A program made the translations under genes and the position numbers. Source: the human T2T-CHM13v2.0 reference genome, Homo sapiens. From it: DNA of 64,000 nucleotides. The stretch lies in NCBI RefSeq assembly GCF_009914755.1, contig NC_060936.1. One strand, given 5' to 3'. This document shows positions 1 to 14,300 of the stretch, piece after piece. The notes below the pieces were generated by a model. It searched no databases. It was not told where the DNA came from and was given only the letters and a program-made list of their open reading frames with translations. Numbering within the stretch: position 1 is the stretch's first letter; the number at the start of each line of letters is the position of its first letter.

Positions 1-491
1 GTATGAGCCTAGTGATACTTAAGAGATACGACTTGCTAGGGAAGTAAACACCCAGTGTTATTTATTAGTTATTTAAAAAACAAAGCTTTTCTTAGCTGGG
101 AGGTTTCAGATCAGTGACAATGTCAGCTCCAGTTTTCCTCTGTTAATAACAGGCCAGCCTCCTCCCCAGCCTGTGTCAGCGGCATTGAGAAGTGTGTCTG
201 GGGTCTGGGTGCACCTTTGGCATTTGATGATTCCCTGAGAGGAAGGGAAAATGGTACTGAAGACCCGGAAGGTTGTGCAGGGCCAGGACGGATCTCGTTG
301 TGAATAATAAAGCAAGCTGCCTTCCAGTGCTGGGCCTTTTGCTTTTATCTGTGTCCTCCCTCCATGTAGCCCCCTCCAGGACTGGGAGAGGGAGGGGCAG
401 CAGGTGGGGAGTCGGGGGGCCAGGAGATAGGGTGCTGATAGAGGCATCTCCTGTCTTCTTGATAGGGGAGGTGTTGGAGTTTGGGATCTAG

Positions 492-832
<341 letters not shown>

Positions 833-1109
833 TGCTTAGAGTTGAATGGAATCTGGAGATGAATGGGAGGGTTAGCTGGCTAGCTGGGAAGGCTGTGGAG
901 CAGGAGAAGGGCCCAGGGCAGGGGGCAAGGGCTGAGAGCTAAGGTTGAGGTGAGGTCTGATGAACTTGAGGGCCACTGCATTTTGACCTTGAGTAACTAT
1001 AGTATTGATAAGGACAGTACCTTTGCAGTATTGAGTACAAATTCTCCCCCGCTGAGCCTCATAGAAACAGGCCAGAGAGGGCAGAGCAGGTTTTATTATT
1101 TCCACTTAA

Positions 1110-1425
<316 letters not shown>

Positions 1426-1446
1426 TGAATGTGGTGTATTTTAAGA

Positions 1447-1640
1447 ATGTGGGTTTTTGAAGCTAGACACATGTGGGTTCAAGCTTAGCCCTCTGACCTT
1501 GACGAACCTCATTAGCCTCTGAATCTCAGTTTCTCCATCTGTAAAATGGGGAGACCAATGCTTGCCTCACTGGGTATTTTGTAAGGGATGAAAACCTAAA
1601 ATAGTCTTTGGCATATAGTAGACATTGAATAGTGAATAGC
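1447..1640 (+). mobile_element. MIR
   Basis: MIR core ...aatctcagtttctccatctgtaaaatggg... Confidence 0.7.
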
Positions 1641-2477
1641 AGCTGCTACTGCTGTCAGTGTAAACTAAGAAACAGACCTACAGAGGTCATCTGTCCTGCT
1701 GGAGGTCACAAGGGAAACAGCCAGGACTGGAACCACGGTCCCAGACCTTGTAGGCCGTGTTCTTCCATTCCCGGGACACTTCTTTCCCCTTCCCTGATCA
1801 GGTGGGCGCTGGGCAGACGCTGGCAGGCAGGCACCACCGCTGTCCAGGACGCATTTATGCCTGAATTGTAAGTTGTGGGCTGTGCCTGGCCTCAGACATG
1901 ATTATAGGGTGCTGACAAAAACAGCACCCCCTGATTAAGACGATGAGCGAAAACGCACCCGGGCTTTTGTTCACTGAGCAACTCCATTGTGTCTTTCTCC
2001 CCTTTTCCACCCCTCCCTTTATCTACTAAAAAAAAAGAAATGGAAAAGATGAAGGACTGTCAGCACCAGATCACAACACGGGCTCCAGGAGTTGGCGGCT
2101 TTTCAGTGCCTGCGGGGTTTCCTCTTCTTGCTTTCCTCGACCAAGTCTAATTGAGATAAATCTGAGGGCTCCCCTCGGAGCACAGGGCTTCCTGCTTCCC
2201 TGTGTCCCGGAGGAGCATCCCCTGGGGCTTGCTTTGTCAGCACTCTCCCCTGCCCCATGGATGCCTCCTACAAGATCTGTGGAAGTGGCTGTTCAGTCTG
2301 TCTGCTGCCTGTGGATGGAGCTACCTTTCCCCAGCACCCCACAGGTCATGTCACACTCCCTTTTCCTATCTCAGATCTGTGCTTCCATGTATAGTGTGCA
2401 AGGCTCTGCAGAACTTGACCTCAGCTTGTCTTTGTGCTGCCGTCCTCCACTGTTCCTTGCATAAAGCATAGGCTTCC

Positions 2478-2848
<371 letters not shown>

Positions 2849-3219
2849 TTAGCCTCTTTTGCTTGGACAGCCCTCACCCCAGTGGAATTAGGCACAGTCT
2901 TCGCGGATTAGCTGGAGTGCCAGCTCCTTTGTAAAGTGCGTCTTGCTTGGGAACGTACTCCTCCTTTGCCCGGCACGTCACAGATATGAAATTAATGTTG
3001 GCTTTGCTTAGGGCCCTCTGCTGTGACTGTGCAGGTCTCTTCCAGGGCCTCCTCAGAGCTTGATTGTCTGCGCTCCCCACCCCCTGCCAGGGAGCCTGTT
3101 TACACTTTTATTGTACATGATCTAAGTTCTTAGGCATTTTTCTTTCTAAGTTTAAAGTTCTCTTACTTTTCCCATTATTGTCTGTTGTTTCTGAGCCTCG
3201 GAGGCTACGGCAACAGGAG

Positions 3220-3390
3220 GGTGAAGTAGAAAGCACACTAGATTGAGAGCAGGAGCCGTGGCTTCTCCTCCCAGCTCTGCCTCTCACCAGCTGTGATTTG
3301 GGGCAAGCAGCTGACCTTGTCTGGGTCGGTCTCAGTTCCCCATCTGTAATACAAGGGGTGGGCTGGCTAATTTCTAGGATTTGTGGATGG
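3220..3390 (+). mobile_element. MIR
   Basis: Core ctcagttccccatctgtaatacaaggg preceded by ctgtgatttggggcaag. Confidence 0.65.
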
Positions 3391-3446
3391 GGTTTTAAAG
3401 AACAGTTTTCCTGAGATATAATTTGTACACCATCACACTCTCCCAT

Positions 3447-3974
3447 TGTTACAGGCTCAATTTTGCCCCTGCAAATCCTAACCCCATACCTCAGAATGTG
3501 ACTGTATTTGGAGGGAGAGAAGATCTTTAAAGAGGTGACTGAGGTTAAATGAGGTCACCAGGGCAGGCCCTAATCCACCATGACTGGTGCCGTTATAAGA
3601 GGATATTAGGGGCCTGGCACCATGGCTCACACCTAGAATCCCAGCACTTTGGGATGCCGAGGCAGGAAGACCACTTGAGTCCAGGAGTTTAAGACCAGCA
3701 TGGGCATCATGGCAAGACCCCTCATCTCAATTAAGAAACTGTATATATAGAGAGAGGATATTAAGATAGAAACAAACACAGAGGGAAGACAACGTGAAGA
3801 CGTAGGGAGAAGACGGCTATCTACAAGCCAAGAACAGAGAAAATGGAAGAAACCAATCCAGCTGACACCTTGATCTTGGACTCAGCCTCCAGAATCATGA
3901 GAAAATAAACTTCTGTTGTTTAAGCCACCCAGCCTGTGGTACTTTGGTTATGGCAGTCCTAGCAAACTGATACA
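3447..3974 (+). mobile_element. MaLR solo LTR (MLT1-type) carrying an Alu left monomer (~3611-3753)
   Basis: TG...CA ends; cctcagaatgtgactgtatttgga and ctgttgtttaagccacccag motifs; 5-bp TSD cccat/cctat; monomer flanked by agaggatatta duplication. Confidence 0.85.
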
Positions 3975-4801
3975 CCTATTTGTATATTTAATATACAACT
4001 CAATGGTTTAATCTGTTCAAGTTGTATAACCACTGCCACAATTTATATTTTGAACATGTTATCACCTCAGAAAGAAACCCCATACCCACTGGAAGCCATT
4101 CTCTATATCCTCCCAACCCTCATTCCTCCCCCAGCCCTGGGCAACCACTAATCTGTGTTCTGTCTGTGGTGTTGCTTATATTGTGGATGCTTATTTTAAA
4201 TGGAATCATGTAATACGGGTTTTGATTTTTTTGTGATTGGCTTCTTAGCATACTTAGCATAAGGTTTTCAGGGTTCATCCATGTTGTAGCATATGCCAGT
4301 ACTTCATTCCTTTTGATTACGCAATAATATTTCATTCCATGGGTATGCTACGTTTTGTTTATCCATTCATCACTTGATGGATATTTGGGTTGTTTCAGTT
4401 TTTTGGCTATTTTGAATAATGCTGCAATGAACATTTGTATATAGATTTTTGTGTGGACATGTTATTTATTTCAGGTATCTAGGAGTGAAATTGTTGGATC
4501 ATATAGTAACTCTATGTTTAACTTTTTGAGGAACCACCGAACTGGTTTCCAAAGTGGCTATACCATTTTACATTCCCACCAGTAATGTATTCCAATTGGG
4601 AATTAGACTCTTTTCCAATTTCTCCACATCCTTGTCCACACTTGTTAATTTCTGTCTTTTTGGAGCCATCCTAGTGAGTGTGAAATGGTATCTCATTGTG
4701 GTTTTCATTTGCATTTCCCTAGTGATGAATGATGTTGAGCATCTGTTCTTATACTTATTTGCCACTTGTGTATCTTCTATTCATATACTTTGTTTATTTT
4801 A

Positions 4802-5259
<458 letters not shown>

Positions 5260-5755
5260 AGTTTTTAATTTTACTGAAGTCCAATTTATCTAATTTTTCT
5301 TTTATTGTGTTTTTGGTGTCATATCTAAGGCATAATTGCCAAACCCAAGGTCACAAAGAGTTACACCTATCTTGTCTTCTAAGAGGTTTATAGTTTTAAC
5401 TCTTACATTTAGGTTCATGATTCATTTTGAGTTCCTTTTTGTGTATGGTGTGAGGTAGGGGGCCAACTACATTTTTCTCCTGTGGGTATGCAGGTGTCCC
5501 AGCACCATTTGTTGACATAAATAGGATCTTAAAGGACACCTGGAGCCCTTTAAAACCCACCACCTGGGGAGCAGGAGGTAGGTGGAGCACCTAGCGTGGG
5601 GCCTGGCCTGGGGAAAGTGCTCTTGGAAAATGCCCTTTCCTGCTGGAAGAGCACCAGTGAGCAGCTCCCCAGCCCCTGCTTCTCAGCCTTTTGTGTTGAT
5701 ATTGTACAATTCTGTGTGTGTGTAACTTGCTGTTCACTAGACCCAGAATGGTGCT

Positions 5756-5798
5756 TGCTATGGTTTGAATATTTGTCCTCTCCAAATCTTGGGTTGAA

Positions 5799-5842
<44 letters not shown>

Positions 5843-6383
5843 GTCTGTCTGTTGTTTTAGAGATAGGGTCTCACTCTGTCACCCAGGCTGGAGTGCAGTG
5901 GGTGCACTCCAGCTCACTGCAGCCTTGAATGCTGGGGCTCAAGCCATCTTCCCGCTTCAGCCTTCCGAAGTGTTGGGATTACAGGCATGAGCCATGGTGC
6001 CTGCCTGGCCTCCTCAGGTTGAAATTTGATCCCAGTGTTGGGGGTGTGGCCTAATGGGAGGTGTTTGGGTCATGAGGACGGATCCCTCATGAATAGATTA
6101 ATGTCCTCCCTGGCGAGTGAGTACATCCTCACTGTAATAGTTCCTGTGAGAGCTGATTGTTTAAGAGCTTGGCACCTGGCACCTCCCCCCACTGTCTTGC
6201 TTCCTCTCTCACCATGTGATATCTGCCTATGCCGACTCGCTTCTGCCTTCCACCATGAGCAGAAGCAGCCTGAGGCCTCAGCAGATGCTCAGACATCAGA
6301 ATCGTGAGCCAAATAAACCTTTTCCCTGATCAATCATCCAGCTTCAGGTATTCCTTTATAACAACACAAAACAGACTAAGACA
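5756..6383 (+). mobile_element. MaLR solo LTR (MST-type) interrupted by an antisense Alu monomer (~5851-6010)
   Basis: Starts tgctatggtttgaat and ends agactaagaca; perfect 5-bp TSD GTGCT at 5751-5755 and 6384-6388; internal AATAAA. Confidence 0.88.
5801..5852. repeat. Compound tetranucleotide STR (CTAT)10(CTGT)3 at the tail of an Alu monomer
   Basis: Directly visible. Confidence 0.95.
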
Positions 6384-9300
6384 GTGCTGTATGCAGCTGC
6401 ATGCTAAATAATTGATTCAGGTGATGGTGAAGGTCAGAACAGGAGGATGTGGGCTTACATCATAGCAGGGGAGTGTCCCTGGCTGAGAGACCTGCAGGAA
6501 CCAACAGCAGAGAGGTTATCAACTCTTGTTCTACCTGGAGAGGTATTTGAGGGCCCCTAGGTCCAGCTGATGGGGCTCTTGGAAGCTGTTGATCAAGCCA
6601 GGGAAAAGATGATAGTGACAGCCAAGACCAGAGGTGATGAATGTTTAGAAAAAAAAAAAGAAGTAATTTTCAGCTTTTTGGCTCCTTTAATCTAACCCTG
6701 CTTTTGGGCCAGAAGAAGACCATTTTCTTTCCCCTCAGCTCTTTCTCAGCAGAGCTAATAGGTCCCCCGGGTAGATTTAAGGGAAGTTAATGAAACAAGT
6801 TATGGTTATACCAGGCTCTAGGCTACATGTCGCCCTTCTCTCCCAGGCCTCCAGGGCTGAGGCTCAAGGCACCATCTCCCCTGCCGGGAGAGCTGAGGCA
6901 GCCCTGGAGGCCCCAGGCAGCCTATTGGAGAGAGTGTCAAGGTAGGGGCAGCAGAACGTCGGAGGGACACGTCTTCTCCTTCCTCCCACTGTGGACAGCA
7001 TGGGAAGGGAGAGTCTTGCCAGTCATTGGCGAATCTCCCCAGTAGGGCCCCAACTCTCTTCTCCAAGTGTATTCCCATCCCCTTCCATGGTCCCTGGCTG
7101 CGGTCCACACAGAGCACTCCCATGCTTGTTCGTGCAGCTCTCTGTGGAGTCCCCAGCATCTAGACACTGCCTGGCATGATCAATAGTGGTTGAATGAATG
7201 AATGCTTTTCTACCTTGAGCTCAAGCTATTCATTTCACCTCATTCCCCGTTGCTCTCTGGCTGTTTTCAGAAGCCTGCCAACTGTTCAAGGGCCAGCTTA
7301 AATGTCTTGTCTATAAGCCCCATAATTGAATATGACAATCCCATCTTTTGCTTCTCTCGCTCTTTTGTTTCTACCTCTGTTTGGCACTTTCCACACTCTA
7401 CCCCATGGTAAGATATTTGTGTGTCTGTTTTAACCCCAGCATTGAAACACCCTGTATAGGGCAGGGACCATGGCTTTCTGTTCTCATTTTATGTCATTTC
7501 TCCTCCCTTCCACCCCGCTACACCTAGGATGGTGTTTCATAGACCTTTGCCACTCAACAAAGTCTGCTTAACTATAGCACCTGGGTCACACATCGTTGGT
7601 GCTGGGTCTTTTTCCCGGGTTACTGTTCTGCCTACAGCTTTTTGCCACTCAGAGGATTTTCCTGGGTTTCACATCCTGGAGTAGGAGGTATTTACGAGAG
7701 ACAGATGTCAGCGTGTGGTGTTCCCAATCCATTGCGTATAATTTACATATCTCTGTGCAGCTAGCATCAGTGAGACCACACTACTAAGGTATTATGCTTG
7801 ACTCCTGGCAGGAAGAATTGGAGCAGATAACACATCAGTGGTAATCCCTTGCTCTGCCCTGGAGGATACAGAAAACCTCTGGTGTGAGTTACTGCCTGTG
7901 GATATTAGAGACTCACCTGCTGTCATTAATGTAGAGGCTGGATTTCCCTCTCCAATTGATTAGGCAGCTCTCTCTGTTCTCTCCTCTTTGCAGGGAGGAG
8001 GCCACTCCTTCACCCCAGTTCCTGATCTGGAGGGTGGGGCAGGAGGGCCAGCAGGAGGGGACCCACTTAGAAGGCCAAGCTATAGAGGTCCTTTGGGATA
8101 GACCAGTGGTACTGAGGCTGGACCGTTCATTAGGTGCAAAGTCCCTGATGAGAGGAAAGGGAAGGAAGGAAACGGTGGCCTGCTCTGTATTTAGATGAGC
8201 TTTCTCTTTCCTAAGGTGCTTTCGTATGAGTTTTTGCTTTCTATTATCAAAACAGTCCTGGGAGGTGGTTTATCTCTGTTTTCAGACATAGGGTCTACAA
8301 AGCAGAAAAGAAGGTGATGCACAGCAGAAATGAAAGAGGAGTTTGCTTTACACTCTGTGGTACGTAGCATTGATCAGGGAGCCACCATGGCTGGCATGCA
8401 GTGGGCATTTGATATGTGTTTGTCCAATAAATGAATAGCAGGCACTCAACAAATCATCCTTGATTTGAAATAAAAGTTTTTCTGGATTTTGCTTCCAGCT
8501 CACTCTGGTCTTCTTTACTCTCTGGCTGTTTCTTCTCTTCCCTGTTGGGTTAGCTCCTCTCCCTGGCCCTTGCACTTGTCCCAGGCCTGCGAGGGGAGAT
8601 TGACACCCAGAGGTTGCTGGATCGTGGTGATGCAGAGGCATCTTGCGGTGACTCCTGGGAGCCAGCAGTGTCGTGGTAGGTTGGCAAGTGCCGGCTGCAA
8701 AACCCTCCTCCTTTGCTGCAGGTGGATATTGCTACTTGATCACAGCACTGTTAACTCTGCAACCAGATTGAGCCTGCTGAGCCTTCTCGGTATAGCACTC
8801 CAGGTTGCTGCCACCAATGGGCCACAGTGGCATTTCGGATGGCAAGGAGGTCCTGTCTTGGGTAGAGTAAAGAGCATTAGGGTGAGGGTCAGAGGACCTA
8901 GCTCTGAATCCTGGCCTCTCCATTTCTGCTTTGTGACCTTGGGATAATCCCTGGACATTTCAGAGCCTTGAACGTGCGGGCTTCTCAGGTCCCTTCAAGC
9001 CCTGAAATTCTAGGATTCTGTGGTTCCTTTGGTTGGGAGGAAAGAGGCTCTCGTCTGGTGGCCTGGCCGTAGAGGGGTAGGATTAACCTCTGGGGTCAGC
9101 AAGCTTGCAGAGCTCAGGAAATGCCTCTCTGTGATCTGTATTTGGTCCAGAGACAGGTGGTGGAGCTAGAGGAGGGGAAGTTCACTCACAGCCCTAGGCT
9201 GGGGGAAGGGAGGCCTAACTCAGCTGCTGTTTTTCCTAATGGAATGAAGGTCTTTGGACCTGAGTCCTCAGTGCATCTAGATCTTAGCAAAGAAGCAGGA

Positions 9301-10589
9301 AGTACTGGCCACGAATCCCACTGCTCATCCTCTCTGTTGGTGGGGAAAATAGAGGGATTTCTTATTGCTAATTAATGGAGGTTTGCCAGGAATCAGGGTT
9401 CATTTGCTGATTTTTCAGTAAACTTTATGAAGTGTCAATTCCTTGGGCAGAATCTGCTCTTTGGACTTGGAGATGACCGCCAGGAAATCACTTCCTTTGA
9501 GACATACCCCATGCTGTCTTATTTCACGGGGGAGTCCAGAAGTATTTAAAATGTTAGTGAGTGAGTTCTGTTGCTGCCGCCGTACTGCAAGGCGAGGGTC
9601 ACGGAGTGTTTCTCCCCATTGTACAGAAGGAGATACTGAGGCCCAGAGAGAGTTGCTCGCAAAGCTGTGGGTCTGCTGGCAGCTGGGAGGGAGGCGCCTC
9701 TGCTTGTAAGCTCTCAAGGCCGCGAGTGAGCTGTAGGCAGTCCGTCTGTGTCTTTGTGAGGCGCCCGTGAGATTAGCCACTGAGCAGAGGTTTAATTTAT
9801 GATGGCGCCTAGTATTCTCGTCCTGCTGCCTCCTAGAATCTGCTGCATCATTGGAGTTGCCGAGCTCCCAGGGGTGTCTTAAGTCTCATAAGTAATCTGT
9901 GTCTCAGCCATGTTCGAGGCAGCCTCATGCAGGGGACGGGCCTCAAGGAGTGGCTCCGCACCGAGGCTCAGGCCAGGCTCAGATTTGCCCAGGTGTGGAT
10001 GGAACTCGTCGGTCTAACAGGGCCATGGAGGGAAGTGGCCGAGGTGTGGGAATTATAGGCATCTGAGTCAATGTTACTCTCTAAACGCTCTCATTTGGTC
10101 ACTAATGATACAGCAGATGTAATAGTTTGGCATTCATGACTCCTCTTGATGAAAATGGTTGAAATGAGGACCTAACATGGGAAAGACACAGAATTCTAAC
10201 AATATTCAAGCAGTATTAAGTAATGTAAGCCTAATGTATATTGTAATATTTTTCATTAACTTTAATTTAATAGACATTTATATTTTAATTTGTGATGTGC
10301 TTAGTTCTTGCAAGCAGTAACGCTGCCTTTCTTTAAACAAACGTTCCATATTTTGCACTTTCCACTAATTTAGAAAGGATTTGTTATTACTGATTAATGA
10401 GGTTTTACTAAGAATAGGATGAAAGCATCATACTATCTAAAGCTGGAAGGTTCCTTAGAGATTATCTCATATTCTTCATTTTAGAGATGAAAAAAGACTA
10501 GTATTATACATATAGATGATCAGTGATTTATTTTACATGAACAGCTTTGTCCTTTTATATGAAAGGGCTACCGGGATGAATAAATGGAC

Positions 10590-11300
<711 letters not shown>

Positions 11301-14300
11301 CCAGTGAAGATGAGCAGTAGGAATGGGATTTTGAACATAGATGGAGGTTTTTAGCTCTTCCATTAAGTTAGCTACTCTGTGCCAGCCAATGAGGACACAG
11401 AGAGACTACGACACATTTTAGGGATGATAGGTAAACATATAACTTGAGTGCAGTATTGATCAGCTTAGGAAAAAACTGTGAGCCCCTGGAGATTGGGCTT
11501 ATCTCTTGTGTACTTTTGCACACCTTTCTTCTTAATGATTAGGATGGTGCTTGGTGTACAGGTGCTAATAAAACTAGTGGGAGGGTCAGCCCAAGGTTGG
11601 GCTGGAAGGGATGATGGTGATGGGCTGGGGTGGATGTGGAGTCATTAGCTCATGATGAGCTGGATTTGGGGCATGCACAGCCCTCACAAATGTGGCTCCA
11701 AGTCCAGGCAACTGCTGCCTAAGTGCTGTGAGCATGGTCTCCCGCTTGGGATCGGGATGGCAGGGGCTAGGAGCTGCTGGGGGCCAGATGTGGCTGCTGA
11801 CCTGGTGTGCAGGGGCCAGGGCTGACTGACTTTCCTCCGGGGGCTTTGGCTGGCATCAGTCTGGCTGGGGGTGGGGGAGCCTTAGACCACACCTGCAGAG
11901 TTCCCATCTGGGGCAATGTGCCTGTTTGCCTGGACCACCCTCCTGGGCCCATCCCACTGGCTCCTTTGGGAGCTCTGGGTCTTATTCTGCAGGGTCAGGT
12001 CATGGGCCTGTCCTCCTGGGAGGATTGGGGTCAGTTTGGTTTGCAGGCCTTTGTGGATAAAAGCATGTCCTGGGGTCCAGCGGACAAGCAGCAGCAGGAG
12101 ATACCCTCCCATGTCACTCATTCTGTGCCACAGAAGCCCAGGCCGGGGGAGACCACACCACCGTTCCACCGTTTAGCTCAGTGCCCTGCAAGGCAGGAGT
12201 AGCACCGGTCATCCTTGGCAGAGAATCATTCGCTCTTTTCTCTATCATGGGAAAAATCTTCATCCCTCTACACTGTGCCAGCTCTTTCCAGATGCTTCAA
12301 ACCTTTTTAGTTGCTAAGGTCTTCATAAAATCTCCCCTCTAGCGCTCGTCTTTTTGCTTCCTTCAATTCAAGACCCAGAGGGGAGCCAAAATCTGTGCCT
12401 TCGCAATATGTTCCGGGTGCTGTAGGGGTGCTGGGTGAACAAGAACTGGGCCTGTCTGCAGCTGCTCAGCGTCAAGCACACAGGACAGAATGAATTCAGG
12501 ACAGAGTCTAAGAAGAGGCTGCAAGGGGTAAGAAGAGAGTGTCACAAGCTGGGAGGTGCCAGAGCTGGGGGGCGGTGGGGAGCTGACTTACTTTCTCTTT
12601 GCCCCCCTCTATTTCTATGTGTGAGTCATTGTCACTTGCTTGTGAAGTGCTGCATCCAATCTCTTTACGAATGGATGTCTCAAGAGCAGTTACAGGCATT
12701 GGGAAAAAATTGAGCTCTGGATAGAGAGGATTTGATAAATCTTAATTCTCTTCCCAGACCAGGTCCTGTCTCTCTGGGAAGCTGAGGCCACTCTCCGCCC
12801 CCTCTCTTTTCTGTGTCTCCACCATAAAGTACTCGTTGAGTAAATGAATGAATCAGATGCGCTGCCTCGATGGCCCCGCCTCCCTCCCGGCCAGTGTGGG
12901 CGTGCAGATGGATGAGCTCAGGTTTGGACGTGACTCAGAAGGAAGGTAGTGGGGAAATACAAGGTGGTGATCTCATGTGGCATTAAACGGAGCTGGGAAC
13001 ATGAAGTGTGTGTACGCTTCTCTTTTCGTCATTTCTCTCCTCATTCCAGACCCCCTGGCAACAGTCTGCCAGGATGAGACTATGGGGCAGCCAGAGGAGA
13101 GAAAACTGGCTCCATTTTCACCCGCCTGTGAGTTCTCAGGGACCATTCTATCTTCTGCACGTGGAGTGTGGGAGAGGGGCAGAGGCCGTCACTGCACAGC
13201 CCACCTTCAATGCTCTGTCTTCCTCCTTAGTCTGCAGAACGCACCCAACTCTGTTTCGGGTGGGTGTGGGCAGGTTGACCTCAGGGCTGGGGGAAGGTTT
13301 GATTGGCTTTGGCATTCTCTGAGAGAGGAGTGGAAGAAGCCCCTGCTTTAGAAGTCAGGGCAGAGAGAGGGAGTTCATGTGATCTGGTGGAAAGACCTTT
13401 GGCTTAGAAAGGAGAAGCTCTGATTTCTAATTCTGGTTTGGATATTAGTTTGGTGTCCTGGGAAAAGTCCTTTATCCCCTAGATCTCAGCTTCTCCACCT
13501 GTCAAATGGGCAACACGTGTACCTGCCCTCCCTACCGCCCAGAGTGGCCATAAGGACCACATGAGTTAATGGTATGACAGCCTGGGAAAAGTGAAAAATG
13601 CTGATAAAAGTAATGTGATCCATTATTAATAACAAACCCTGTGAACACTCAGCACCCTAGGCATCAGTCTGGATGTGGGAATCACAGCTAGAAAAGGCCT
13701 AGATCCCTGCCTGGGCATTTGGGAAAGGCTTCCATGCCTGTGAGCTTGTTGGAGGAGTGGGAACCATGCGAGTGAGTTTGGAAGACTTATCAAGGAGGCA
13801 GTTTTGAATGACATTTGAAGGCAGGAAGAAGATCGTATCAGGTGTCAGGGTGGGCAGGGTGGCTTCCTGGAGCCTGGGGGAGGTGGAGGGTACAGAGAAG
13901 CTTAGAGGTGTATGCAGCTCCCTGAGTGGGACTCAAGCCATCCACTTGAACCCAACCATGGGGCACCTTCTCTCCTCATTTTTGCTAGGCAGCATGGGGA
14001 AGGAAAGAGCCCTGATGGAGGAGTCAGAATGTCTTGGGGTGGGGGTGGGGGCATCCTGAATCTCATCTCTGCTACTTTCTGGCTGCCGTGACCTTGAGCA
14101 AGTCCCTTTACTTCTCTCTGTTCCACGTCCTTCATCTGGGAATAATAATACCTGTCTCACTGGGTTGCTGTGAGGATTGAGTGAGGCAAACAGCCTGTAA
14201 ATAGAGGGTGCTCAATAAATGTCACTTACATCTGAATTTCTCTCCCATCCATCTCGTTTATGGTGTTTACAGGGAATATTCTGCACTGATCCCTGCCAGG

